A stretch of DNA of 64,000 nt from Chrysomallon squamiferum (GCA_012295275.1 CM022677.1:18414001-18478000); one strand, 5' to 3'; shown: positions 32,627 through 49,505, counted from the first letter of the stretch. Numbers and translations: made by a program. The notes: generated from the letters alone by a model not told the origin.

Positions 32627-34671
32627 TTGCGATGAATTTAAATACATATAATGGCAACACTATGCCACATATTGAACAGATAAATAAACTGTTAGTGAAT
32701 GTCATTTGAGCTTTCTTAATACACGTATAATCCAGTTTGATTTAAACAAACGTAACAATGATCAATACGATTTCAATTTCTGTCCTGTTTACGACAAGGG
32801 AAGTAACTCTGTTATCAAACGTTAAGCAAAAGAAAAAGACTGGTTATCCCGCCTGATCTCTTTCCAAACCGGTTTAATATATAACTGAAGCAATATTTAA
32901 GGAGAATAATACAATTATAATAACCATTTCAGTATCATCAGTATTTCACGTCAACTTTTGAAAAAATACTGTCAAAACTTCTAAAGTTGCAAAACTAAAC
33001 AAATCAAACCACTGGAAAACAACTGATCGTTAGATAAAAAAAAAATAAAGATAATTATAAACAAATATATTCAACATACATATAATCAAAAACATAATTC
33101 ATCTGTTAATATACAGTTCATTACAATCAAAGCTAACGATAAGTCAATTACAAGCATTTAAATATTAATATCAACTGTTAAAGTCCATTCATTCCTAATT
33201 GAAATCAGTTCCACTCCATCCCAGTGTGTTAAAAGTAATTTTTAACAAAAGCAGTCAACTTCAGCTTTGGTTCTGTTGTATTGTGTTGAAAATCATTAAT
33301 TTCTAGCCAAAACCAGATTAACAGGTGTGATTTGATGTTTATCTATTTCTGGCACTTAGACAACTAGCACATTAATATCAAACTAATCTGTCTGTAATCA
33401 TTTGTATCACTTATGTCAACTAGAATTAATTACATTGTTACTACTACTACTACTACTACTACTGCTACTACTACTACTACTACTACTGCTACTACTACAA
33501 CTACTATTATTTTTATCAAAGAAAAAATACACAAAACATAAAATAATTATAATAATAATAGTAGTTCTAGTTGTTGTAGTGTTAGTATAGTAATATTAGT
33601 AATAATAACGTTAAATCCACTGATTCTGGTCAAACTTCTGTAAGTGAAAGTTATGTCTGTGATTTGTAAGTTTGTGTTTTGTGTTTAATCTTTTTCTTTT
33701 ACTAAATCAGGACATCTCCACTAGTATTGAAAACGAAGAACGTCGAAAACATGAAAGTACGTAAGATTTTCTAGTATTGTTTTATTTTGTTTATAATTGT
33801 TTTTTTGTTTTTTTAGGTTGTTCTTTTATTGTCGTCGTTGTTGTATTTCATATACATAATATTAGTTCCCTTGTGTGTTAAGAAAGGCGTAATTTAATAT
33901 TCAGTGGTGAAAAATGCTTGATTCAGTGAGCTGCATGAAGACTAAACAGTACATAGCTTTTTGTAATCATGTGTTTGTTTCTCGTTTTTTTTGTTTTGTT
34001 TTTTAAATTGTCCTTTGTATTTATATCATAAATGTGTACCCCATTTACAATTCTTGTTTTTAAAAATTATTATCTATTTTTAAAATTTTATTTATTAATA
34101 GTATTATTTTTTTTACATTTATTTATTCATTAATTTATGTTCGTAATGAAAATTAAATTTATTAATCCTCAGTAACGCGCACTTAAAAAAAAAAAAAATA
34201 GTATTTTATTTTCTGAACAATTAAATATATAAATATTTTTGTTTATTTATTTATTTATTTTGGCGTGTCTAGGAGTGGCAGTAAGACTTGACCGATTTAT
34301 TTGTGCCAGTTCATTGAAACTGCGAACTGAGATTGTTCCTTTGATGTTTTCTGACGACTCTAATAATAGAGTAAAATGGCGGATAATTACTGATTTAATG
34401 GAATCTCGGGATACATCAACATGGGAATTGTATCAAATGAAAAAATATGAAAGAACAAATAAATAAATAATAATAAACTGTATTTCTTCAAAAACAATAA
34501 TAAGTAAGATTATTATTATTTTTTTTTTTTTCGCCCCAGGATTCAGTTGGGGTTTACCAACCCAGTTAAAAATAGATGACTGAGATTTGCTGTGGTTCAA
34601 ATGTGTCTGATAACCTCAGTTTATTTTACACCTTTAAATAAAACTAACATAGTTTAATACTAAATCAGTAC

Positions 34672-34887
<216 letters not shown>

Positions 34888-34890
34888 GTC

Positions 34891-35031
<141 letters not shown>

Positions 35032-36787
35032 CTTTCTTTCTCTCTCTCCGTGACATTTATACGAGAACCTTACGCCTTGCAAGATTAGCTACGTTCAATC
35101 GCTACAAGATTTTTCAAGATATCTCTGTCATATCCTGCGATATCTTGTTTCAATTGACATAAATACTAATCTCTTCAAGACATTCGTTGAGAGAGACTCG
35201 TAAATACATGTCAGAGTTTATTCTTATCTTTATAACTTGTCTTTTGTTTGTTAATCTGCGAAAACTGACAAAATTTAGTCATCGCCTTCTCTACTATTGT
35301 TTACATGAGTGTCACTGTTACAGCGTGCATATCAAATGAAAAAAATAAATATACCAAGCCAAGATAAGTCACTCCAAATTTGAACGCTCGAATGAATGCT
35401 TAATTGATCACGCAATTCTTGGAAGTGTTTTTTTTTTTTTTTTTTTTACGAGTCCTGATGTTGTTGTCGTCGTCGTAGACGTTGTTGTAGTAGTAGTAAA
35501 AACAGCGACACACATTTCGCAGTTTGCCAATTGTTTTTGAGTAACAGTAGACTTATTCCTTTCTGTAGTTTATATGTTACAGTCAACATGTGAGAATAGG
35601 TATTTGACCTAACACCCTAGACTACGTGACACCAGGCCTAATGAAAAAATGAGAGCAATTCAGGCAGTCAGTCAATTTCATGCTTTGTTTACAACTGTTC
35701 ATTGCAGGGATTAGTGGTTCAATTCAGTTCTTTATTTTCGTAATCTTTACAGCCTACTGATACACAATGTCAATACAAAATGTAAGAAGTATATTTTGAT
35801 TAATCTGGTTCTGCTCTATCGATATGTATCCAAATCCCAGTTCATATCAAGTTTTCCTAACAAAAGTCATCCAATTATTTTTCTGTATTATAAAATACCG
35901 AGACAGGGCAGAGAAATCTTAGTACTGTCTGTAATTACTGATAGAGATATTTCACTTTCGAACGAAGAGCAACGTCTTTTGACAAACTGGACTGAAACTA
36001 GTCTATTTACAAACTGAGGGGCGTGACAGACAGATTGTTATGTCCGATATATATAGCTTTGTAGGAGACTTTAAACTTTGACAACTAACTTGTATGTATT
36101 TCCAACTAGATGGTAGAATTGCAGTAGAAAACTGTCAGCTGAAATAAACAGCGGAATTGTTCAGATTTAAAAGCAGTGCAAAAACTTGGACAAAGTTTCT
36201 GTGACTGGTACTCGAAGGTTTTGGTAAAAAGTTTAATCGGTAAAAAGTACACACAAAACATTTGACAGAGATTCCCCAGGACGGCTTAAATGTTTGAAAA
36301 GTTATAAATATATTTCTCCCCCGTCTCAAACACATACATGCAATATGTCATAGCGTCCCATTACAGCTTTATTGTGATATTAAGACGAGATCTCGCTATT
36401 TTCACAGAAGTGTCACACGTGCAGCAGAAACTGAGAACTGTGATTGTTCCTTTGATGTTTCCTCACGACTCTAATAATACAGTAATATGGCGGATCATTC
36501 TTCATTTAGTGTCATCTCGGGACATTCCAACATGGAAATTACATCAAACGAAAAATAAATAAGTGAATTAAAAAAAAAGTATTACAATTATTATTATTAT
36601 TATTATTATTTTGTTTGATCTTCTCCGCTCAAATCTCTTGGAGTTTACCCACCGGGCTAAAAATAGATTACTGAGAATTGCTGTGGTTCAAATGTTAAAG
36701 GTTTGATATCTGATATTATCAGTGCATATCGTAACCTCAGTTTATTAAACATCTTTAAATAAACATAATTTAATACTAAATGAATAC

Positions 36788-36865
<78 letters not shown>

Positions 36866-36879
36866 CTCTCTCTCTATGC

Positions 36880-36992
<113 letters not shown>

Positions 36993-37361
36993 TCCCATTT
37001 CAAACATCTTCTCTGGAGTTTTATAATGAAAGAAAATTTCAGAATCACTGTGTGCATGGTATATCTAAAAACAGAGAAAACGTAATCACTCTAAATGTTC
37101 ACACTCGAATGAATTCTTTATTGATCACGCAATTCTTGGAAGGTATTTTTATTTTCATTGTGAGTCCTTATGTTGCTGTCGTCGTCGTAGACGTTGTTGT
37201 AGTAGTAGTAAAAACAGCGACAATAATGAAAATGAGGATTCACCTGATATGTTTTCATTTTTGACAGGCTCAATTTATATATGTTTATATATAATTAATT
37301 AATAAGAAACAGCAACAACAACAACAACAACAACAACAACACTACTATTACTACTACAACA

Positions 37362-37401
<40 letters not shown>

Positions 37402-39429
37402 CTACTACTACTACTACTAATAATAATTACGATGAATTTAAATATATATAATGACAACACTATATCACATATTAAACAAATAAATAAACTGTTTATGTGT
37501 GTTATTTGAGCTTTCTTAATACACGTATAATCCAGTTTGGTTTAAACAATCGTAACAATTATGAATACGATTTCAATTTCTGTCGAATTTACGACATGGG
37601 AACTAACTCTGTTATCAAACGTTAAGCAAAAGAAAAAGATTGTTTATCCCGCCTGATCTCTTTTCAAACCGGTTTAATGTATAACTGAAGCAATATTCAA
37701 GGTACTAATATAATTATAATAACGATTTCTGTATCATTGCTATTTCACATCAAAATTTGAAAAAATACTGTAAATTCAACTAAATAATAATAAATTTATT
37801 ATAATGGTTTTAAAATATGTGTCTGAACATATATATATATATAATGGATAATATATTATAATTATTTTATAAACTCGTATTTTAATAATTTATTTAATAA
37901 AAGAGGGTTAGTAACAATGTTACGATGCTGGTAAAGGGGAAAACACACTAGTTTATGCATTTTAATCATCTTATTGTAATAATAAATATATATTAAAAAA
38001 GAGTTAATATGTATTATTTTGAGTGAACGTGTCTTTAGATTTATTACGAGTAATCTGTTTGAAAACTTTATTTTAATCTATAAAGAGAATGTTTCATTTG
38101 AATCGCGAAGTGACACGCATGACACAGAAAATTTACCAGATAATTCTCTAACACAGGAGATCGTGTTTTATACACATATATGCTATTAAGATAATAAAAA
38201 TAAAACACACTCTTTACACACGTTATCCTTTTACTTAATCTCAAAGGGGCAAATATTCTATTCTATTCTATTCTTATTTATTTATTTATTTATTTATTAT
38301 ATTTAATATATGCTTGAAGAAACAATAAAAGAAAAAAGATAAAGGATTATTTTTACCAATGTAGTTAACAATTTAGAATTGTTCAAAAGATACTGTGTTG
38401 TTTTCTTATTTCCTTGTGGGTGTCTGTGTGTCTGTGTATCTGTGTCTGTTTGTGGGTCTGTGTGTCTGTGTGGCTGTATGTTTGAATAAGTGCGTGATTA
38501 AATATGGGATGTACAGATGTTGGTGCGTGTACGAGATATTTTCACAAAACATTATCAAAGTAAAATGGAGAATACAGGTTTAAAACAACGAATAAATGAA
38601 CGAAAGAGAAGATAACAAACACAGAAAGTAGTACAGCCAAAACAAATGACCATTTTGTTTCGTTATCACAATGAAGGTTTACCAGAGCAATAATTATTTC
38701 TCAAAGTATTTAATCAACGAACTAATTAGACTTAGTAGTCGAAAATAAATAAAAGTAATAACTAATAATAGAAAACAAATAAAAATAATAGCTAATGATC
38801 GAAAATAAATAAAGATAATAAATAATAATAGAAAGCAAATAAAAATAATAACTACTAATAGAAAAAAATTAATAGCTAATAAAAAAAAAAATATTAACTA
38901 ATCATTGAAATTAAATAAAATAATAGCTAATAAAAGAAAATAAATGGAAATAATAACTAATAATAGAAAAAAAATGAAAACTTTCTTTTGTCTTTTTTCT
39001 TACGAATTGCTTTTAGATCGTTGTAGTGTTGTCCTCAACTGGTTGTTGTTTTGATATTCAGCCTGACAGCAATAGAGCTATTTCTCATTCCTAATACGCA
39101 TGTAATATTGAAGATTGTTTGTTTACTCACAGAAACACCTGCATACTTGTACAAAGCCTACTAAGTATTTGTAAATCGAAGACCCAAATACCTCAACTTG
39201 TTGCGGCAGACTGAGTAATTAAGAACATAATTAAAACTATTTTTCTCTCGAAACAAGATTTTTAAAGATATCGCTGTCATACGTCACCTAGCTAACCTGT
39301 GATACATTGTTTCAGTCGTTACGTCATTCGCTGAGGGAGACTGTAACCAAACGTCAGAGTTTAATCTCGTCTTTATCAGTTGTTTGTTCATCTGCGCAAT
39401 CTCACGAACTTTACTAGTCGCCTTCTTAA

Positions 39430-39610
<181 letters not shown>

Positions 39611-39641
39611 TTTTCTCTCCCTATCTGTCTATCTCTCTCTG

Positions 39642-39699
<58 letters not shown>

Positions 39700-40551
39700 G
39701 AAGTTTGTTTTGATCAAGCAATTTAAAAAAAAAAAATTCGTTGCCTGTAATGCTGGTTCCTTTCAAAGAATGTTATTTTGTGTGTGTGTGTGTGTGTGTT
39801 ATCAGATATAAATCATTTGGGGTTTACCCACCCAGCTAAAAATAGATTACTGAGATTTGCTGTGGTTCAAATGGTATGTTGCCAAAACTGGCAGTCTCCA
39901 GATTAGGTAAGTGGTGAGGTGCTCTAATCCGTCACGTGTACCCCACGTGTACCCCATGTGTACCCGGGACACGGCTTCCTATTTGTCAAATTGCGGTGAA
40001 GTGCTTTCTGGGACATTTTGTGTGTAAAGTGTGACTGAATGTGCTTTCAAATTGTGGACGAAATACTGTTTAACAAAAGTACATCGATTAAGATGACGGA
40101 ACACCAATTAGTAAGGGTGAGCAATACAATGCCAGCAGTGGAACAACTGGCGTATCCAGTAAAGATGTCTCATAATCTCACTGCCAGATTCGGGAATATA
40201 CCGTTCATATGTGTATGTCAAAGGTTTGATATCTTATCAGTGTATATGATAACCTCATTTTATTAAACACCTTTAAATTAAACTAACATAATTTAATACT
40301 AAATCAGTACAACTCTCTCTCTCTCTTTCACTCTCTCTCTCAATCTCTCTCTCAATCTCTGTCTCTCTATCTCTCACTCTCTCTATCTCACTATCATCAC
40401 TCACATTCATTCTATCATCTCTCTCTCTTTGTATTCCATTCTCTCTCTCTCTTTCACTCTCTCCCTATCTCACTATCATCACTCACATTCATTCTATCAT
40501 CTCTCTCTCTTTATATTCCATTCTCTCTCTCTGTCTCCAATTCATTCTCTC

Positions 40552-40649
<98 letters not shown>

Positions 40650-40829
40650 GTCCCATTCTCTCTGTCTATTTCTCTGTCGAAAACTATGTAAGAAAGGGGA
40701 AAAATAAAAAAAATACCAAGCCAAGATAAGTCAGTCTAAATTTCACACTGAATTCGGTTTTCATTACGCAATGCTGGATGTTTTAATTATTTTTTTCGTT
40801 GCGTTTCCTGCTGATTCGTTTCAGAGAAT

Positions 40830-40972
<143 letters not shown>

Positions 40973-41271
40973 ATGTGTGTGTTATTATTGTGTTGTTCAG
41001 TCGAGGGTCGTCAGTGGAAACACCAACACACATACCCAGAAACAGACACACACACATACATACATATACATATACACAGTATCTATCTATCTATATACAA
41101 ATGTTGTCTTTCATATATATTTATAGCATCAATTTGTTTTGGGTTTTTCGTTTTGTTGAGATTTTCATCAACAAAGAAGGACGCAAACAAATAAAATGAT
41201 GTAGACTAATCCTGCACTTAATCTCCGTTGTCAACATAACTGTCTCAAATAATAATAATAATAATAATAAT

Positions 41272-41306
<35 letters not shown>

Positions 41307-43075
41307 ACTCTTGACCTCCTGCAGTTCACTCCTTTGACACTGCTCCTCTAAAAGTCTTTGTACATGAACTTCCTGTACTTGGTAATGTCACATATTAAAC
41401 AGAAGATTCGTTGTCACCATCTCAATGATCATTATGAGCAAAAGGAACAGCAATATTATTATTATTATTATTATTTATTTTTTGGGGGACGATTTATATA
41501 TATAGATGAATAGATAGATAGATAGATAGATAGATAGAGAGATAGATCATTTGCTTATATATTTTCTTTATTTGTTAAATTAAATTAAAGTTAGTTAATT
41601 TTATTTATTTATTTGTTTGTTCTTTTTTGTTTGCCTATTTATTTATGTTGGCGTATTAATATTCCTATTTGCGCGTTTACGTTTGACAGTTAGACTTGAC
41701 CCATATTTTTGTGCCAAATCATTGAAACTGCGAAGTGTGATTGTTCCTTTGGTGTTTTCTGACGACTCTAATAATAGAGTAAAATGGCGGATCTAGATTT
41801 GGTAGGACCTCGGGACACATCAACATGGGAATTGTATGAAAAATAAATAAATAAATAAATAAATAGTAATCTGCATTTCTTCGAAAACAATAATAAGTAA
41901 GACCTGTTATTATTATTATTTTTTTCGCTACAGTTGGGTTTTACCCACCCAGCTAAAAATAGATGACTGCCAAAACTGGCAGTCTCCAGATTAGGTAAGC
42001 GGTGAGGTGTTCTAATCCGTCACGTGTACGTCACGTGTACCCCACGTGTACCCGGGACACGGCTTCCTACTTGTCATATTTGAATATACAAGTATATCAA
42101 ATAACATTCTGCTTAGCAGGACTTTGACGTGACAGTCAGTTGATAACAACACTACTGTGTTATCTCTGCTTGCAATTACTGGTAGTGTTGACACCAGATA
42201 CCCCGCTATATTCACACACTGTTTTAATATCCACAGTTTCCTTTGTTCAGTCTGATCTCAGATTAACATCTATTCTCCAAAATAATGGTTATCTACTTCA
42301 ATACATACATACATACATTCCTACATAGATATATACACACATACATAGATTCATGCATACACACATACATACATACAAATATATATATATATATATATAT
42401 AGACCTACGTAACCCACTAGTTACTCACTACATGAAATCACGTGTCTAAGGAACAAACAAACAAGACGATGTTTCAAATTAAAGAAGTTTAATATTAGTT
42501 AATTCCTGATACAGGAATGTTAACATTTACAACATGGAAACTCTGGCAAACTGACAAGATTCATAAAACAAAACACAGTTGTAAAAACTAAACAAATCAA
42601 ACCAATACAAAACAGTTCATGGTTAGATAAAACAAAAATAACTGGAAAGAAATATATTCAACAAAGATATAATCAAAAACACAATAAACCTGTTAATACA
42701 CTGTTCATGACAATTACAGCTGAGGAGTCGATTACATAAACTGCTTGAGTTTCACAAACTCTTGACCTCCTGCAGTTCACTACTTTGACACTGCTGTTCT
42801 AAAACACTTTGTACATGAACTTCCTGTACTTGATAATGTCACATAATTAAAGAGAAGTTTCGTTGTCATCGTCACAATGATCATTATGAGCAAAAGGAAC
42901 AGCAATATTGTTATTATTATTATTATTATTCTGATTATTATTATTATTATTATTATTATTATTTTATAATAAATAGGTAATAAGGTAAATAATGAACACA
43001 TCTCTTATTTAAAAAATGATATTTAATACTTTAATAATTCATTTCTGTTTAACCTTTAACGAACTTTGACCTCAC

Positions 43076-43162
43076 CTGACCTCACCCAGTCAATTCCGCG
43101 TAGATGTGCTGCACGGTCACTCTCCCCATGAAAACTCAATTCAGAATCTAAAAAAAAAAATG

Positions 43163-43217
<55 letters not shown>

Positions 43218-43831
43218 CGACGTTAATGTATTTAATTATGGGTACTACATTTAACACACGCACTCTCTATATTGAGCATCTCTCGGTCGATTCCGGTCAG
43301 TCGGAACACCTCGTCACATTCCGCTACGCTCATATTTCAAAGAAATGTACGAAATGTTCCGACTATATAACGAGGTACGGAATTGACCGAGTTGTAACGA
43401 ATCCCGCCGCTACAAACATTTCCATATTAGTCAGCGGTTAGGACGAAGTCGGGATTGTTTAGTTATTCACTGTTCACTGCGCGCAACACGTCTAATTATA
43501 GAACCGGGGATTTCCGCTCTGATGAATAAAAATAGAATATATTAATGTTTATACGATCACTGGATGGCAAATCACGTCACGTTCATACATTATTAACACG
43601 ACCAGTCGGGCTAGTTAGAAACAGTTGTGATTAGACTGAACCAGTCGTTTACTAGACAAAGTCGTTCAGACGTGACTTACTGTCGAAGCCTGAATATATA
43701 GTTTAACACATACCTGTGTGTTTTCTGGGTTTTTTTTTTTTTGTGTATGTATATACATATATATTTGTATGTATGTATGTATGTATGTATGTATGTATGT
43801 ATGTATGTATGTATGTATGTATGTATGTATG

Positions 43832-43870
<39 letters not shown>

Positions 43871-44238
43871 TGTACATGTGTGTGTGTGCGTGCGTGCATG
43901 CGAGTGTGTGGGTGTGTATGTGTATGTGTCACAAATGTCAGTTTTTAGTTTTGAATGTATTAAGAATATTATTGTATATTAAGAATGATTTACTACTCAC
44001 GTTTGGCTCTCTCTTGCTGGTACTGTGTTTCTGCAAACTGCGAATAAATAGAAATGTACAAAAGAATCAACATATTTTGGTTGATATGTAAGAACATACA
44101 TACATACATACATACATCATCAAGAACAGCAACAACAAGCATAACAACAACAACAACAACAACAACAACAATAATAACAATCTCAATAATAATAATAACA
44201 ATAATAATAATAATAATAACAACAACAACAACAACAAC

Positions 44239-44276
<38 letters not shown>

Positions 44277-44688
44277 CCTTTGTTACGATGTCGATCAGGT
44301 TTCGCTCACGACCAGCACAGCAGATATTTCCATCTTCTCGAACGTCGAAGTCGTAGATGTTGTCAGTTTTGTCATCGTCGGTGAGATAAACATCTTTGCA
44401 CGGAAAGCAGACGTCGTCGTCCCATTGCACAACGGTTTGACGTTGTGACTGCACCCGTGGTGTAGTGAAAGTTAGAGATATAACGATCACCAGAAAGATG
44501 TCGATGAAAAGAAAAAGGACAATGACCTCTGTCCAGAATTTGTTTTTCTCTTTTTCTGCGTGCTTATATTTGACTAAATTTTTTTCTCCATTTGGTTTGA
44601 TGAGTGGCTCGTCACTGATACCTGGATTACACCTTTCTCTCTGTTTCACTTCTTTGTTTTGTAACAAACTTTCGTTGTTATGATCCAT
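43076..44688 (-). CDS. TNF ligand copy C: exons 1-3 intact (44688-44278, 44037-44001, 43147-43076), local exon 4 missing (partial gene or pseudogene)
   Basis: Exon sizes (411/37/72 nt) and splice sites match copy B. Exon 3 reads [23 protein letters not shown]. Intron 3 runs into a (TTA)n tract and then directly into sequence that lies downstream of the stop codon in copy B. Confidence 0.78.
43215..43705. mobile_element. Insertion of about 490 bp in intron 2 of TNF copy C (unclassified element); partial copy at about 53586-53705
   Basis: CpG-richer segment absent from the equivalent intron of copy B, bordered by a (TA)n tract. No TIR or TSD identified with certainty. Confidence 0.4.
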
Positions 44689-46049
44689 TTCTTTTCTATC
44701 TCAGAAAACTTGTATATCGCTCTGATACAAACTGCGAACTGAGAAATGTTTGTTTGATGTTTCCTTTAAGACGTTTTGCGACTAATGAGATGATTAAACT
44801 TGAAACACCGTCCTATATGATCTGTGAATGGGGTGAGACATGGCGTTTTGCCAGCTATCAATGACAGTCATACTAATCTTCATGCGATCTACAGTTAATA
44901 TTTCAAATTTGGCCAAATGACTTAAACGCATCGTCGGTTAAATACAAACTTCGCGATGTCTCCAGTAACTAAATACTGTAAGGACTGTAATATAAACAGT
45001 CTGTGATTTTTAGTTATCTTATAATCATTGTCGCTTAGGAAAAGTTTATACACAACCTGTAATACAATCTAGTTACCTGTAATACATTCTTCTTTGTACT
45101 GAAACCCTACAGTGTCATTGCAAAGCCACTGTCTACGTCACTGTTTACACCCTGTGATTCTGATTCTTTGCCAATTATTTTGGATTCAGGTAGTCAGTCA
45201 AATGGGTTCATGAGTCAGACAGTGTTCGTTATAGTGATTAGTGGTTCATTTCAATTCTTTATGATCGTTAGCTTTATAGCTTATTGAAATGCAATGTCAA
45301 TAAAAGTACAAAAGAGAAAAGAAGAATAAGAAAAAATGAAATGAAATGTTGAACTCATTAGTTCATTCATTCATCGATTACTTGAGTTTTTTTGTTTAAT
45401 TTAGTTTATGAGTTGTAGTTGTTGTTGTTTTTGTCGTCGTCGTGGTAGTAGTAGTATAAATAACAAGTATCAAAAAGGATGATTCAGCAGAGGTCCTTTC
45501 AGTTTTGACAGATTCCATTTATATATAATTAACTAATAAAAAGAACAACAATAGCAACAACAGCAGCAATAACAACAACACCAACGACAACAATAATAAT
45601 AATAGTAATGACGATGAACTTAAATTTATAATGACAACTCTGCGCCAAATACTAAACAAATAAATAAACATTTATGTGTGATATACGTGTATTCTTAAGA
45701 CATGTATAACCCAGTTTTATTTAAACAAATAACAACTATCTATACGATTTTATAACAATTCCAGTATCATTTTTATTTCAATAGTTGAAAAAATATCTAA
45801 AAACGAATTTATTTATTTATTTATTTATTTATATTTTTATTTATGCTCTTTTCATTATTTTATTTTAATTTTCTTGTTATTTATAATCTGTTTATTATTT
45901 AATTATTTTTCTAAAGAAACAGCTAAAGGCAATTACAGAGTGAACATTTTATTATAACCACTTAATAAAGTTAACAATTAATATATTTATTTCATTGGGC
46001 AGACCTAATGACATAAAGTCATGTATGTATGTATGTATGTATGTATGTA

Positions 46050-46154
<105 letters not shown>

Positions 46155-47597
46155 CTTCCCTATGTGAAATATTTATACACGATATCGTCTATCCAACCAG
46201 TGGTTTTCAGTTTTGTTATTATCTATAATACATTCTTCTCTGTACTGTAATCCTGTAGTCTATGAGAATAAATTTAATGTCGTTGTCAAAGACATTCCAA
46301 CGTCATATAAGGTAATTGCAAAGTTATTTTGAAAGTCATTGTCAAAGTCATTGAAGCTCTAGGCCTAATGACAAAATGATATCAATTCAGGCAGTTAGTC
46401 AAATGGGTTTAATGTTTGGTTTACATGTGTTTATTGTAGAGATATGTGGACCAATTCAATTCTTTATCACTGTAATCTTTACAGCGTATTGGTATACATT
46501 GTCAATAAAAATGCAAGAAGTACAGAGAGTGACAATATAACAAAAAGAACATTAGGAGAATATGAATAATATAGAACAACAATCCGTTACTGAGATACTG
46601 GTAAAACGGAGAATACAGTAGTTGATGCATTTTAATGATCTTGTTGGAATAATAAACATATAGTAAAAACGCGTTAATATGAAATGTTTTGTGTGAATGT
46701 ACCTTTAGATTTATTACGAGACGTTCATTGATACGTCTGCACCCGAGCACGGTACGATTGTGAAGAGATTGTATAGTTAAAATTAGTTACTAAACTTTCA
46801 GAATGTTCTGTACAAACACGAGTGTCACATTACCTAATATGTGAAGAGTCACAAGTCATCTGTAACAGTAAACTCATCAAAAATCTATAAATATTAATAA
46901 CGAACAAATACAAGTAAAAGATTTATTTATTTATTTATTTATTTAATTTTATTTTTATTAATTTTTATTTATTAATTTATTATTTTTAACGGTTACGGTT
47001 CATTTCACATACACTTGAAAGAACTAAAAAAAAAAAAAAAAAAAAAAATAAAAATAAAGATAAAACATTATTTTTACAATTTACAAAATTTTAAATGAGA
47101 CGACGTATTTTTTTTTTGGCGTCTGTATGTCTGTGTATCTGTGTGGCTGGATGTCCGAATCAGTGCGTGACTGCATGTGGTATGCGTGCACACACGCACA
47201 CACATTTACATAGGAAAAGGGCCTCGCTTTGGCAGCGAGATATTTTCACAAAACACAATCAAAGTAAAATGTAGAAGACAGCTTTAAAGATGTAACACTT
47301 ATTTTTAGAACTGCCACTAGAAACTAAATATATTTATATAATAAGTTACAGACTTCAGAAATTAAGTTTTGAAAAGAACCAGTAGAAGATAATACTTTGT
47401 TTAATCGTAATTTAAAATTTATAACAGTGATGCTTGCTAATGATTTTTGAACATATGAAAACCAAATTATTTAAAATTATTTTTACTGTTTTTATATCAA
47501 ATCATAGCGAAGTTTCTTTTATCTATATATATGTGTGTGTGTGTGTCTGTGTGTGTGTGTGTTTGTGTGTATGTTTCTGTGTATATTTGTGTGTGTA

Positions 47598-47628
<31 letters not shown>

Positions 47629-48330
47629 CTGTACTGGGGAGACTCAACTGAACGGACTAATAACAAAGACAAACACAAACATACACACACACGCACATAT
47701 ATATTCACTGGTAATTTGACTCCTGAGTTTAATACGTTCCGTGACCAAACTCGTAACTCAAATTATTCTGCATTTCTTCGAAAACAATAATAAGTAAGGC
47801 TTGTTATATTTTTTGTTCTCCGCAGAAATCACATACATATATATACGTATATAGACACAGACACATACATGCAATATATCATGTCCTCCCATCACAGGTT
47901 GACTGCTTTTGCCACCAAGTTGTGATATTAAGAGGAGATCTCGCTCTTTTCACAGCAAGGGACACACGCGCAGCAGAAACTGAGAACTGTGACTGTTCCT
48001 TTGATGTTTCCTCACGACTCTAATAATACAGTACTATGGCGGATCATTGTTCATTTAGTGTCATCTCGGGACATTCCAACATGGAAATTATATCAAATGA
48101 AAAATAAATAAATGAATTAAAAAAAGTAAGGTTTGTTCTAATTATTATTATTATTTTTTTTCTTTTCTCCGCAGAAATCAGTTGGGGTTTACCCACCGAG
48201 CTAAAATAGATTATTGAGAATTGCTGTGGTTCAAACGTGAAAGGTTTGATATCTGATATTATCAGTGTATATCGTAACCTCAGTTTATTAAACATCTTTA
48301 AATAAACATAATTTAATACTAAATCAGTAC

Positions 48331-48553
<223 letters not shown>

Positions 48554-48572
48554 TCCCTCCCAACAGTAATAG

Positions 48573-48671
<99 letters not shown>

Positions 48672-48936
48672 GCCATGATATTTATATGAGAATAGGTTTC
48701 TGGATTATACCTTGCAAGATTAGCTAGGTTCAACTGACAAAAGAGTTTTCACGATATCGCTGTCACCTAGATGTACTGCGATATCCTGTTTGAATGGACA
48801 TAACTAACAAACCACCAAGAAACACGTGTCACAGTTTAATGTTTGCTCTTTTTTTGTTTATCTGTTACAGCTGGTATGTGAAATAAAAGACGTCCATAAT
48901 TATTTCACTGTTTCATACATATATTGAATAAGATGA

Positions 48937-49089
<153 letters not shown>

Positions 49090-49467
49090 TTCTTTCTTGC
49101 TCTTTCTCCTTGACATTGATATGACAATATTTTCTAGATTATACCTTGCAAGGTTATCTACGGTCAATCGATTCAAGACTGTTCAAGATATCTCTGTCAT
49201 CTCCTGCGATATCTTGTTTCAGTCGACGTAAATGTTAATCTCTTCAAGACATTCGTTGAGAGAGACTCGTAAATACATGTCAGAGTTTATTCTTATCTTT
49301 ATAGCTTGTCGTTTGTTTGTTAATCTGCCAAAACTGACAAGATTTAGTCATCACCTTCTTAACTATTGTTTAAATCATTGTCACTGTTACAGTGTGTATG
49401 TACATTTCTTTCTTTCTTTATCTATTTATTCATTTCACTACTTCATACATATACTGTATATGCTTAA

Positions 49468-49505
<38 letters not shown>

